Positions 47,851 through 60,576 of a stretch of 64,000 nucleotides of DNA are shown here, piece after piece. This stretch comes from Camelus dromedarius (lineage: Eukaryota), in NCBI RefSeq assembly GCF_036321535.1, contig NC_087436.1, forward strand, positions 21,702,001-21,766,000. The letters are read 5' to 3'. The position numbers and the translations under genes were made by a program. Positions within the stretch are counted from its first letter, which is position 1; the number at the start of each line of letters is the position of its first letter. Below the pieces are notes generated by a model that had not been told where the DNA came from, searched no databases, and worked only from the letters and a program-made list of their open reading frames with translations.

Positions 47851-50800
47851 CATGTATAGAATATAGAGAATAAATCTCATGCAGAGGAAAGAGAAAGTGA
47901 GTATTCCTACTTTCTTTCAGAGCCATAGAATCCCTTAAGAATCTGTTGAAATCTCTGTATATTGTCCCCAGTGTCCTCTCTCTCCCCACTCCAAATGCAT
48001 GTGCACAAGTGTAACTTGTGGGGCTGGCGTCACCTGTGGGCCTTCTGAGTTTAAGAACCCATAGACATGACCTCTAAGTTCCATTTCAAATCTAGCTTTA
48101 CTCTGATTCATTCTGCTTAAGATTTTTCTATAAGAAAAGAGATTATTCTTTTTGCTGACTACCAGACTCACCATGAGTGACTTAATAAAAGTCCAGGTGA
48201 TTTTTAAATAGACATCAGTGATAAAAGTCAAACATTTATACTTACTTGCATCTCATTCTGTTATTATTCTATGTTTGGAAATCTTTTTAAACCATGGCAG
48301 TGGAAGATGTAAACGACTGACTGAAGGGCTATGTCCTACAAATAATATTTGTTACACAGCATAAATGAATTTAAAAGTATTAAGAACATGATTGAGTAGA
48401 TGAAAATGTATTCCCACATGTTTCTATCACTGATCCAAATGTCTAGACTTAGGATATTCATGCAAATAGACTGCTCTGTATTTTTCTATAGAAGGCTATA
48501 CTGATTCAAAATCTCAATTTTCTTCAGGGAGAAAAATCTCATTAAGTGAGAATCTAATGGGCTGGAAAAAACCAACAGACCAAACTCAATGAAATAATGT
48601 GTTTTTTGGGAAAAAAATAGGGCACCTTATTAGCTGGAAATGAATGGTAGCTTTGATTTACATTGTATTTGTCCTGTGTTTTCATGAAATTAGTACCTTT
48701 TGCTGACAGTTTCCCACACACTTCTTATGAGTTCAGGTCTTAGCTTATAAAAGAGAGGTAATTATAATCAGTAAAACAATGCTCAATTTTAATTCAGCTT
48801 ACATAAATAAAAGAAAGATGGCATAATATCCTATTGTACTGGTTTAGTTAATGTTTCTCTTCAGAGTGATAGGAGTTATGACAATGTTAGCAATGAAAAT
48901 CCTGTACACTTTTCTGAATCTAACCAAAACGAATTCTATGTTGTTAATTTTGTTTTGCACCAAACTGGCTCTTAGGTGATTTGTGGTTGATTGGAGGAAG
49001 GTGCAGAGATCAACCTATTCCAATCACAGGGATATCACCTTCCATCTGTGATAGAAGTACAGCTCTTCCTCCAAATACCATCGGAGTTATTGGTCCAGTG
49101 CGATTTTCTGCATTGTGTTTGGAGAGATTGTTTTCGTTCAGTCCACCACTCAGTGTGGCTTAGGACTCAGGATGTACCTGGGTGACCATGACTCTTGTGT
49201 TACAGTTCACAGTATTTAAAATTCAGTCCTTCAGCCCCTCCTTCCTTTATCATCTTGGCTTATAAGCACCTTGCAGATTTCACTAGCCTTGCTTGTCCCT
49301 CTGGACCCACTGTTAGTCATTTCAACAGTTCAACATTTCCATTGCCTTGCTGATCTCTAATGTTGAATCACCCCATTATCTGCTTTCTCCACTATCAGGT
49401 AACCAGTATCTGCCATGACAATTTTTGGGCTGAGGTCTGTGCAGCATTACACTGACTCCTTTCGGCTATGTCCCCAGTGTGTCTTAATCTCCTATTTATC
49501 TCTTAAAGACTTTCTAGAATATTTCAGAGAACCATTGCACCAAATCTTTTTCGCTATTTTCAAATACTTGGCTACTCATTGCCCCCTGCATAGATGACTT
49601 ACTCTACTTTGAGATCACATACTTCCCCTGTCTTAATGAGTTAGCAGTCCCCTGTGGCCTTTCTAACCAAGTCCAGCTTCCTAGTTGCATATTCACGACC
49701 CTCCAAGCTCTGGCCCCAACATCCATGCTCTGGTGTGTGTGTCTGAGGGTCTCCAGTTTCTTAAGTTTCCTGAAGGATTTCTTGTTCTCAGGATAGATCT
49801 GATCATCATTGATAGTAGGAGGTGAAAGGGTGGGGATAGAGAGATTGGATACCCTTTGGGTATTGTATAATAGAGAAGCTCTTGGAAATCTAGAGTGTCT
49901 CTCAGTAACGTCTCTTGAGGAATAATGGCTCTCTGAATTTTAATATGGTCCTGGGAGAACAGCTGGTTCCTCCTTGTTCTTGTCAAAATAAGATGGTTAT
50001 GTCACAGGGTGGGATTCCAGTATCATCAGAGCCCCAACTAAGTTACTTTTTGTTGAAAGTAACTATAGTATCAACAGCTTCTTTGATGTCAGCCCAGTAT
50101 GGTGCTGTACCAGCTATTTTTTGACAGTTGCCTTGAATTTTTCATTACTACATAAAACAAGAAATGACCTTTGAGGGTTTCAGTATCTGTTTGATGTATG
50201 TGTTCATTCGTATACTTTTTCAACAATCATTTTAAAAGGGTCAAAAAGTGAACACAACGATTTTAGTCAGGAGAGAGCTTTTGTTGTTGTTTTTGGTTTA
50301 TTTGTAAGTTTTTACTTACACAGTACAGATTAAATGTAGTTTATATTTTGGATGTAGATTTTTTATTTTTTACACGTGTAATTTTGTCTGACACATGAAA
50401 AAGGGAGATGGAGAATATCTTGAGAATATAAAACTTTTTTGGGGGGAAGAAAAATTTATACTCTTATAAATTAAATAATAAAATTAGCATTTTGTCATAA
50501 CTTTTTAAATTTGAAATAAAGCGTCTTAAAACTGGATGAGCTCAAAGAATCTTAAACAGTAGATTAGAGCTTTTAGGAAGCTGTCAATGAATATGTTTAA
50601 TTGTTAATTTCCTACAGAATTTTCTTTTTGTTTCTTTTCTGTAAGAATTGGAATAATTTCATCTGTGTTGACAATTTATATTGCTTTTATGTAGATTTTT
50701 TTTCCATTTAAAATTCCTTTTTACTAAGCAAAACTTGTGTTGTTGTATTTAGAAAATGCCATAGCTGTGGAGAGACAGAAGCATTAACAACTGAAACTTA

Positions 50801-53118
50801 GTTAAAATTGGTTCTGGCATGATTTTTACTCTTGACATACCTACTATGTTGATTTGACATTACAGGTTTCCTATTTCCTCATGATATTCTTTATTTCTCC
50901 TTTAGAAAAGAAACAAGTCCAAGTTGAATATATCTATGATTTCAGAGTTCTTCCTTAAGATATGATACTGTATTGTAATTCTCAAGATCAGTTTCCCTTC
51001 TCGATCATGTGTCAGTTTCTCTGGAGAAACTTCATCTTCATCAACTGTCCACAAAGGCAGTATCTTGATTCTCTGTCGTGTGTTCTGTTGTTTGTTTTTT
51101 GGTGTTACATCTTGTTACTGAGGGTTAAATCCATACAAGGAAGAAATTAATTAATAAATAGTGAAATAGTATTTCTCTTAAATCCATCCTTCTTATTTCA
51201 TAAGTAAAATGCATTAATGAGCTTATTAGCAAAATTCTGAAAGGCTTTCCGTTAGTGCTGACAAGTGAGTATACTTGGAAAAAGACCTTGAGTATATATA
51301 CTTATAAACTTAGAACCAATATTCACCCCGTATTCACAGTATTTAGGTTCAAGTAAGGACGTAGTTGCAAGCAGGTAGAAATTTATGCTTAGAGAATTTA
51401 AATGAATTCTCCAAGATGACACAACTGGAAGCTAAGATTTCATTCTCATTCTGATATTCTTTCTTCTGGCTTATACAACCTCTTGCAATGTATGTTATCC
51501 ACCCTCATCCCCTCACCCCCATATAAACTACATTCAACTGCAATGATTGAAGATAACATAGTCATTCTCCTTGTCTCTTAGAACAGTATGCAGCAGTAGA
51601 TTGGATCTGGGCTAACTAGGCAGGGAAATTCATGGAAAAATTTGGGCTGGCTTGCTGCAAAGTGCTTCTGCAGGATTGCTTTACTACTGGCAATGTACCA
51701 GAAGCCAGGTTTAACCAGAGGGGCCTTAGCTTAGGGCAGCTATTTTTAACTCTTGAGTGAACTCATCTCATCGGACTATAGTGGCTCCCAGAGTTACACT
51801 GAGAATTTAAATCACGAAGATGGTCTACCTTCCCAAAGTTCTTCTGAACTGTCATGAACCCTGAGCATCTGTGTTTGTGCTGGGGTGTTTGAGGGAATGC
51901 AGTTGGACAACTGTTGTGAGTGTGGTCAGGGATTTCTCTGCTTCATTCTAACATCAACCGGAGTGTTTCTAAGAACCCCACAGGCTCTAAAATGCTTCCA
52001 GAATGCCAGTGGGGATGCAGAATGAGGGCCAGAGCACCTAACCCAGAAATACAGAGTGCATCAGAATGAACAAATGAAAAAAGTGTGGGCATGTGTACAT
52101 CTGGCGTATGCTATAGTGAACTCTCTTTGCCTGAGACAGTTAAGGGCATTGACCCCTGAGCCATGGGCTCAAGTTATGTAAGACATTTTTGTTTTAAATT
52201 CAATTATGTTAGGGTTTCATGTTGGAAATAGATGATCAGAGTGATCATTTTTGGTTAGCAAGCTGAATCTGGCCAACTTTGATGTCTACACAGTTGGCTT
52301 TGTGTCCTGAAAGATTTTGAAATGGTTTATGTTCTGCCATTGGCTAAGACATGTCTTAACTGTCCCTACGTGAGACTGATTCATATTCGAATGGACAAAA
52401 GGTCAGAGCTGCCCCAGTGTTTCGTTTTAACATAGCATCCAGAACGCAATTCACTTAATGTAATATCTGACAAAAAGGACTGTGCAATCTGTCATCCTCT
52501 GTCAATGTGTGAAAAACAAAAACAACCAGATATCCCACGTGTGTGGTCAGCTTGACAGTGACTTTCAAGTGAATTTTCCTAATATGGAACAGGCTGTAAA
52601 AATCACTCACAATGATTACAATGAGATCCACTGTGAACATTTTTTTTTAAAAAAACACAAAATTAATTGAAAATATATGACCTAGTCATCTGAAAAGGAT
52701 GTTATAAATGCTCAAATGGACCCCTTTCTCCATCTTGACCACATGCCATCGTGATGTTTTGTGTAAAAAGGCTTTCCCAGTAACGATTTAAAATAAAGTA
52801 CATGATATTATACATTTTCTCTGTTTTCAAAGTGGGAGATTAATTTGCAAAAGTATCAAAAGGGATCCATGCATCAAACTGCAACCAGTTTTCCAACTTG
52901 TGGAAGGACCAAGGACTCCTGCAACCATGTCCCTGAGATGAAATGGAGAATGTTGCAGAATACAGTTAAAAATGTGCAAGAAGATGTGTATGCTTTTTAG
53001 CTCACAGCAAAAATACTTTTTTATGACAAGTGCTTATTCATGAAAATTATGTTAGTTTCATACTGTGTTCTGGAAAACCCACTGGTGGATATGTCCTGGC
53101 TCAGAAAGATCTTGAATC

Positions 53119-53155
53119 TGCGTGTGTATGTGTGCCTGTGCATGTGCGTGTGCGT

Positions 53156-53186
<31 letters not shown>

Positions 53187-53202
53187 CGTGTGCATGTGCA
53201 CA
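53119..53202. repeat. (TG)/(CG)/(CA) alternating purine-pyrimidine tract
   Basis: Strictly alternating for 66 nt, 53137-53202. Confidence 0.95.
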
Positions 53203-53204
53203 GG

Positions 53205-53500
53205 ATGGGGAGAGTACAGGTAGATAAGAAAGGACAGGACAGTGTGCTTTGTACTATGGTAGGGGTCGGCACAGAGTGTTAGGTCTAGTGGTCATTTTGG
53301 GGAGGGACAGTCAACCCAGCTTTGGGGAGGATGTTCAGGAAAGAATTATTGAAGAGCTTGTCATCTGAAACTTAAAGATTAAGTGCAATTCAGGCAGATG
53401 GGAATTAGGAGTGGAGAGTGGTAACTGATAATGTGGTTCTTAGATATGGTGACACCACTGCCGGGACAAAGGTGAAGGAGAGCATGGTTTGTTCAAAAAA
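53205..53500 (-). mobile_element. L2 fragment
   Basis: ggagggacagtcaacccagctttggggagg..tcaggaaagaatt..gggacaaaggtgaaggagagcatggtttgttca. Confidence 0.6.
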
Positions 53501-54339
53501 ACTTATTTTCAGTGGTTTTACACCAAATTTGTCATAAGAACAGTTGGAATAATTATAACCACAAAATTCCCTTTTTTTTTCAGTTGGCATATATATCGAG
53601 CTTCTTTATAACATGACTTCCATTTTTTTGAGTCAGTTGTTGGGAGTATTTTCAGCATAATTCATTGCTTCAAGAGTATCTTGGCTCTTCAGCATAACTG
53701 ATTTCCTCTCTGGAATTGACTGCGAAGTCTTTTATAAATGTTGACACTAACTTCAAGTATACTGCTGGTCATTCATGTAAATTGCCAATTTGTTTAAAAC
53801 AATAACCTTTCACAATATATATTTTGCTATGTGTTCTAAGTCCTCTGATTTTACATTCTTTTCTGTGTATCTCTTTTTTGAGATGAAAGACATTTTCTTT
53901 GTCTTTTCCATGTGTGACATGGCAGAGAGGCTGTTAAAATGATTTATTGCCGTTTCTTAATATGATGGCCTGAGAGCAGCATTTTCCAGATTTATTTGCT
54001 CAGGGAATGTATTCTCAACTCCACGATACTATCTACTTAATTAGAAATGTAGGTTGCTGGATATTTGCAAACTTTGGCAGTTGACTCTTTAGTGACTGCA
54101 CTGACAAATCTCAGTGAGGTATTTGATCTTGGCTTTAATTATTTAAGATGAAATATCATTAAAAATATGGCAAAAAACAGACCTTCTGGTTTTCATTTTT
54201 CCAGAAAAGGAAACAGAGGGCTTCTCCTAAAAATTTTTGCCTCTATTTTCTTTTCTACCCCTTGGGGAGCTGGGTCAAAAGTGCACATGTTCTTTTCTTG
54301 TTTCTAGTTAACTAAGTTTGTAGCAGAATTGCTTCATGG

Positions 54340-54342
<3 letters not shown>

Positions 54343-54425
<83 letters not shown>

Positions 54426-54426
54426 C
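54343..54426. repeat. Compound microsatellite (AAT)14(AAC)14
   Basis: Counted directly: AAT 54343-54384, AAC 54385-54426. Confidence 0.97.
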
Positions 54427-54514
54427 CATATAGAACACGTAGGTTCAGGTTCTGGTAGAAGCTGCTTTTGGGATCCTGGGCAAATCATTTAAATTCTTCG
54501 TGGCTTCAGGATTT

Positions 54515-55090
54515 TTTTTTCATTTATTTAATCAAAAAGTGCTGACTATTTACCATGTGCATAATGGTACATTCAGTTTTGGAGGAAATTAGTGGGGAAA
54601 TTTTAGAGATTAGTAGGAAAGAATAGACACACAAAAGTTGTTATAATGTAAATTATACACACACACATGCTTAATAAATGCAAAGTAGAAAGTTAATACT
54701 GCAAGAGAGCTAGTATAGAATGCAGTGGGGCTTCTAGGGATGGAAAACTTACTTTGAATTGAGGAGGAAGGAGACTTGAGGAGACAGTACTGGAACTGGG
54801 CCTTGAATTTGAGTTTATGGATATGGAGAATAGAAGAAGTGGTATTAGAAATGGAGGAGACCTTGTGCTTAAAAGGAAACAGGTAATTCAGTTTAGTTGG
54901 GTCATAAGGTGAATTAAGGGTAATGAGGAAACATAAGGTTGAAAATATAGGTTGGCGAAAAATCATAGAAGTTCTTGAACACAAAATAAGGAGTTTAGTA
55001 TTCATTTTATTGATCTTGAGAAGTCATTGGGAGTTATCGTTAAAAAAAAGGAGAGACTTTGTCAAGACTGTATTTTAAGTCCTCTCTTGC
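54515..55090 (-). mobile_element. L2 fragment, flanked by MIR pieces (54430-54510, 55100-55245)
   Basis: ttcatttatttaatcaaaaagtgctgactatttaccatgtgc, tggaactgggccttgaa, aggagtttagtattcattt..gagaagtcattgggagtt. Confidence 0.65.
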
Positions 55091-55329
55091 ACTAATGATT
55101 TAAATGTTTAAGCTAGATAATTTCTCAGAAGCTTGGCTTCTTCATCTGTAACATAAGACTAACTATATGATCTTTCTGAGTGGCCGTAAGAATTGGAGAT
55201 AATGTGCATGTAGTCGTTGTTTACTACATGTTAGCAACTGTTATCTGTAGAATGAAGGGCATTTAACAGGTGAATTCCAAGTTTGCTTTCTGTGCTGTGT
55301 TTCTGTGATCTTTCTGTGACCTATTTGCT

Positions 55330-56310
55330 CTGAATACCGTAGACTCCCAGAGTCAAAGGTAACCTCAGCAGTGTTCTAGTCCACTTCCTGCTGGGGGCAG
55401 ATCCCCCTGTGGCAGCCTTTGTACTTGTGTTCCACAATGTCAGTCATCTGACCTCCTGAGGGGACTTGCAGTTACGAGAAAATTGCTACTTTTCAAAGCA
55501 GTCCTTTCCACTGTTGACCATTTAATGGCTTGAAAAGTTTTCTTTATGTTGATCTGACACCTGTCATCTTCTAACTTCATGTATTAGTTCTCTAGTCCCC
55601 TTTATTTCAAAGCTAGCAAACAGTAGCGTCTCTTCCATGGGTCAAATCTGAAGCATCCAGCATGTCTTTATGGTTTTCTTTCATGGGTTCCTTCTGAGTA
55701 CTTCCACTTCTACATCAAATATCCTTGGGTCTTTCATCTGCTCATCATATGACATAATTACAAGATTCCTTATCCTCTTGCTTGGCTTTCTTTGTGTGAG
55801 TTCCAGCTTTTAAATGTCTCTTTGAAACCGTGGTTCCCAGAGCTATATAAAGTCCCTCTGATGAGACTGACACAGAGATCAGTTCAGGGGATCTTGCTTG
55901 ATCTAGAGTCTAGACCAGTTCATTGACTCTTGCCTATGGAATTTTACAACATGCACAAAACCAGGCTCAACTCCAAAATGTTCTGATTCACTAGATCTGG
56001 AATTGGGCCCAGATATTTGCATTTTTAAAAGGACATATAATTTTGATATCTAGCTGTGGCTAAAAATCAACCATCTAGACACTACACTCAACGGTGTCTA
56101 GAAGGAAGATTGCATGATGTTTATGGTGGCCACAGAGCATTATTTGTGCGTGCTGAGTTTGGGAACAACTAAAACCATGAGGGCTTCCTTTTAGCTCTTT
56201 CCTAAATCTGTACAGTGCCTTTTCTAGGACCGAGATCTAAGACTTTACATTTATTCCCATTACATCTCATCTTGGGCATTTCTGGCCATCACTCTGTTCT
56301 CCCCATATTG
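55330..56310 (-). mobile_element. L3/CR1 fragment
   Basis: gcagtcctttccactgttg..gaaaagttttctttatgttga..cttctaacttc (antisense of the 39.7 kb motif), gactttacatttattccc..catctcatcttg. Confidence 0.7.
55916..56072. mobile_element. MER5-type hAT MITE with 8-bp TSD
   Basis: ttctgattcactagatctggaattgggcccagatatttgcatttttaa; TSD gtctagac (55908-55915) and atctagac (56073-56080), the Charlie-type NTCTAGAN target. Confidence 0.75.
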
Positions 56311-56684
56311 TTTTCAAAACTCACATGCCTTATTCAGATAACCTTTAAGGACTCATTTGTTCTGATGGGTTCTGGTTAGGCATTCCACAATGATAAATAC
56401 AAAAAAGCTACAGATTCAAGTCTGTCTTTATTTATCACTAGTCTTCTCTGGTGAGGGTTATGTATTGCTCTCACTTTGTCATATTTGACATATTTATTAT
56501 TTTGGCTAATGCTTTAAATGACTTTTCCATTCTAAGTTATAATAACACATGCCTATAGAGTTGGAAGCTGATGGAGGATAGGTCTTGGAATGCTATAATG
56601 TAAGGGCAGAAGCCTCCAGTCTAGCACCGAACTGATGGACATCTTTTAGCCTTTAGGAAGCATCTCATAAAGTGATATTACTAT

Positions 56685-57290
56685 CGCTTAGTTAGGCTGA
56701 TTTTGGCTGTAAGTATCAGGAACCCTAACTTAAAATGTCTTAAATTATGAGGACATTCATTATCTTACATAGCAAGAGCTCCAGAGGTAGGACAATCCCA
56801 AGTTTCGTTAATTCAGCAGTTTTATAATGTCATCAGAATTCTACCTAACTTTCACCTTTGTACTCTGCCATCCTCAGCATTTCCTTTCAGGCTAACTTCC
56901 TTCATGGTCCCAAGATGGGTGCTACAGTTTTATAACAATGTGCAGACATGACAATATCCAGGAGCAGAGAGGAGCCCTTTCTTCTTCATCATCTCTTTTC
57001 AGAATCCTCTCACCAGATGTCCTCTCCTGTCTCATTGTCCTGCACTATATCACATGTCCCAGCATAAAGCAAACACTGACAAAGGGAACTGGACAAATGG
57101 TGATTCACCCCCAGGTCTAGTACTGGGGCTGGATCTAAAAAGGCGGCCACCTCCCTTGAAGCTCATGGAGGGTTTGATACCTGGTGAAAATTGAGATTTA
57201 GTAAGCAAGACCTGAACAAAATTGGGATTCTGTGAGCAAGGAAGGAGGTGGATTTAGGAATAGTTTCTGGGTGAGCCAGTACTAAAATCC
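56685..57290 (-). mobile_element. Old MaLR LTR (MLT1K/L-like)
   Basis: ttagttaggctgattttggctgtaagt, ctctgccatcctcagcat..cttcatggtcccaagatgg, aaaattgggattctgtgagcaaggaag. Confidence 0.7.
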
Positions 57291-60200
57291 ATTTTACTAC
57301 CCGAGTTCAACAGCATTGTCTTTCTTCAAAGAGTAGATATGGTTATTGTGTCCCTGAAAATGTTGTCAAAATAGTGAGATTCTGTGAGTGTTGGCTTGTT
57401 ACTAAAGATCAAGTGACCATTTTATAGGGCAAAGGTAACAGGACAAATCATTCTGCTGACCACATGGTAACATTTAATTTTTCTCTAAAGAAAATTCATT
57501 AAAGCCTAATTAAAGGAATATATAATTTGTGCATGACTCCAGATTTATGCTCTATTTGTGATTGTCGGTCCTATGTATAGGTGCTCCATCTTTGCTGAGA
57601 AGGGAGGACCTTCAGCTCTCAGAAGCAACTGCTCCTTAATTTTTTATTTTTTCCTTCAGTCTGACAGTCTTATAACAACTCTTTTCAAAGGAGTTAAAAT
57701 TATAACTTTCACTTGGGAGTTAATGGGAAAAAAAGGACGAATTGAGATCCCTGACAGAGGAAAGAAGAATCTGGGAAAGAAACTATATTATAATCTTCAA
57801 AGAGCTGGATAATTAAATGCAAATTAAAATTTTATTTGGAAAAGTTTATAAAAAGTCAAAGTGATATGATTTCTAAGTGATCCTAGTGAAATCTAGAGTC
57901 AGGAATCCAAGATGTTGACGTAAATGTGTAGTCTGGGGGGTTCGTGTACTATGAATGACTCAGTGCCACTTGGGAAGAAAACCATAGGCGACTGAAAGTC
58001 CGTGGCCATTACTTGATTTCAGTGCTAACTTGAAGAAAAGACTCACAGACTTATAAGAACAGATTGAATAGAAACATATGTCATCCACAGAAGAAAATGA
58101 AATCGGTAACAGGAACAAGTTTCCATTTACTGTGACCTACGTATGTGTCAAGAGCTGACTTGCATTGTTTCATTTAATCTTTGCAACCTTTTGAGGCAGG
58201 TACAATATGAGGCAGGTATAATTATGAAAAATTATGTAATTTTAAATTGTAATGTGCCATACAAATGCAAGATATTTTTAGCCCATGTTTTTCTGCCCCT
58301 GTGTTAGTCTATTGTCGAGCAGAATGGCTTTCCTATGTGCTAAGGTGAATGCCAAAAAGCCCATGCGTGGGTCAGAGTTTAGCCATATAAGCACCATTAA
58401 GCAGTTTCACCTGATACATAGCCTCAGAAACCTCATTATATTGAATATATTCAGCACAGCAGGACTGAATTACATATTGAAATTCACAAACCATATCACA
58501 CCTTGAGAACAAATCCTTTCGTGTTCCAGATATACATATATTTTTAAGTTGGCAAATAGTAGATGAACCCCCTAGATCACTTCAATATTCTTGAAGTGTT
58601 TAAAAATTTTTTTTTTTTATTTTGGAGAGAGATGTGTCTTGCTGATTTAACTGCATTTAAAATACTGCCCCAAGAGTTTTTAAGCCTCAATGTGGTATAG
58701 CTATGAAAAAAGGTAGAACTGTTGCTAAATGTTGGTGTGGATAAGGGGGAGCTCGATGAAGAAGGAGAGGGAAAAGCAGTTATATAATTTCAGAGTGCAC
58801 TTGGCTTGTTCACATACAAATGCAGCATTTGGGTTCCAAGCAATTATTTTCTCTACTTGTCAGCACTCAGGGTCACCACTGCTTCAGCCCAAGTAAAGAA
58901 GCTCATTAGTAAAAGATGTCCTGGAGAACAGCATGACTCATTTCCTTGAGAAATCGAATGCAAAAGAAACCCCCTAGCTAATAATATTCTGGAGTTATTT
59001 TTGAGAAAAGAAGAGATATAGGGAAATTAGGAGAGGTATATAGGGAAATTTCGAATGGAAAATCCACATTCTTCTTCATTCCAGATAAGCTAGTTTGGAA
59101 ATAAGCACAAATTTCACACATGACGTTAAACCTTACTTGGAATTCTACCATTGTTATTCATATTTTTCAGTTCCTGAAGGTAGAAATCAGTCATCAAGGT
59201 AGTGCCTTCTAGGTTTTTCTTTGGAATCAGGAAGCTCTGGACTGGGCAGACTTTTTCAATAACATTACGCATAAAAAGCACCCTAGATTTTTTGTTCAAT
59301 TTTCACAAACAGAAAATGATACCAATACAGTTCTTAGATATTTACTTTGTCATCAATATACTGACTTAAAGCTCGTCTCTTTTTCCTATGGGAGGAACAA
59401 TTTATTGAGATATGTTTTATTTCCTCTTTGAGAAGCATATTCTACCATAAGGGAGCTTTCAACAGTAAAATTTATCCTGAAAACAAATTTGTGAAAGATT
59501 TGCATTTTTCTGTCTTTGGAAAGATATATACTCCCAAGTGTCCCTAGATCACAGCAAGCCTCAAATATGATCAAAAAGAGACAGGGAGAGAGAAGAATCA
59601 ATATGTACATTTGTTTTGAGAGGTTCTTTTGGGCTGACCTGGTCTCTGTCTTACTAGCTGGACAGCTGACGTCAAGATGATCATCAGCAAGTTGACCACA
59701 AATCGATTTTGCCTTCACTGTAAAGTGCAGAAACCTGTAGCACAAATAGTCCAACAAGCTAGCTACCGAGAAGAGCTGGATTTGCTTAACTATTTGACGA
59801 CAACAAGAATGACAGAGATTTACTATGTCATCATTGTGTGCACCCCCCCCCACCACACAGTTAAAAGCTTAACCTTGAGAAAAGTGAAGATTTGAAATAA
59901 AATTTATCACTTTGTTAGAGCAAGAGATAACCAATTAATGTGAGGCCAACTCTGGTTATTGTAAGCAGGGCCTTATAAAACTAGTTCTGTGAGTGTTTTG
60001 TAACCATTTTACATCTTCATAAAATGTTTATTCTGACTAAAAATTCCTGATTTAGACATTTACAGGTTTGTCCGGATAAAGGCTTGATCACATGTGCTGA
60101 GGCTTAGAGCTCTCCTCTGCACAGGGCTGTTTCTACCTGGGCAGGGTATGCCAGGAATTATTTACATTATTCTGCACTAGATCTATAAATCCTAACTCAG

Positions 60201-60369
60201 TGCCTGGCTCAGACGGGGTACTTAGGAAGCGCTTCCTGGATCACTGAATTCTAGTAACTTTCTGTGAATACATGCTGTTCCTTCCCTCTTTCATAGAAAA
60301 GAGGGAAAGTTTGCTTTTCTTCAGAGACTCAAAATGTGCAGGAAAATGTGGCCAATAATGAAGACACAC

Positions 60370-60576
60370 CTGGGCCTCTTTTATTGGGGAATTTATAGGC
60401 AATTGAGTCTCAGCTGTCTGGTCATCGGTAAATGATGTAAAATAGGACGCTATCTGAAGAATTACAGAGGATCTGTAAGACTCCTGTACCACTCTTGCTG
60501 CCTGGCAGCTGCATTCTGTGACTCTTCCAAGGGCAAAAGAAGGGCTCATTAAGTCTAGTATTTCCCCAGCTAGTTG
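60370..60576 (-). other. Candidate exon of unknown identity (207 nt, open, phase 0-0)
   Basis: Minus strand: ctttgtccttttccggctttatcgcttgatttttaag| ... cccag|gtgtgt; 69 stop-free codons; no recognisable homology. Confidence 0.2.

Noticed and set aside
53021..53282. ORFs with HTHT/VCVC runs
   Set aside because: Translations of the dinucleotide repeat
59171..59179. 9-nt micro-exon candidate ttcag|TTCCTGAAG|gtagaa
   Set aside because: Weak donor and too short to distinguish from chance
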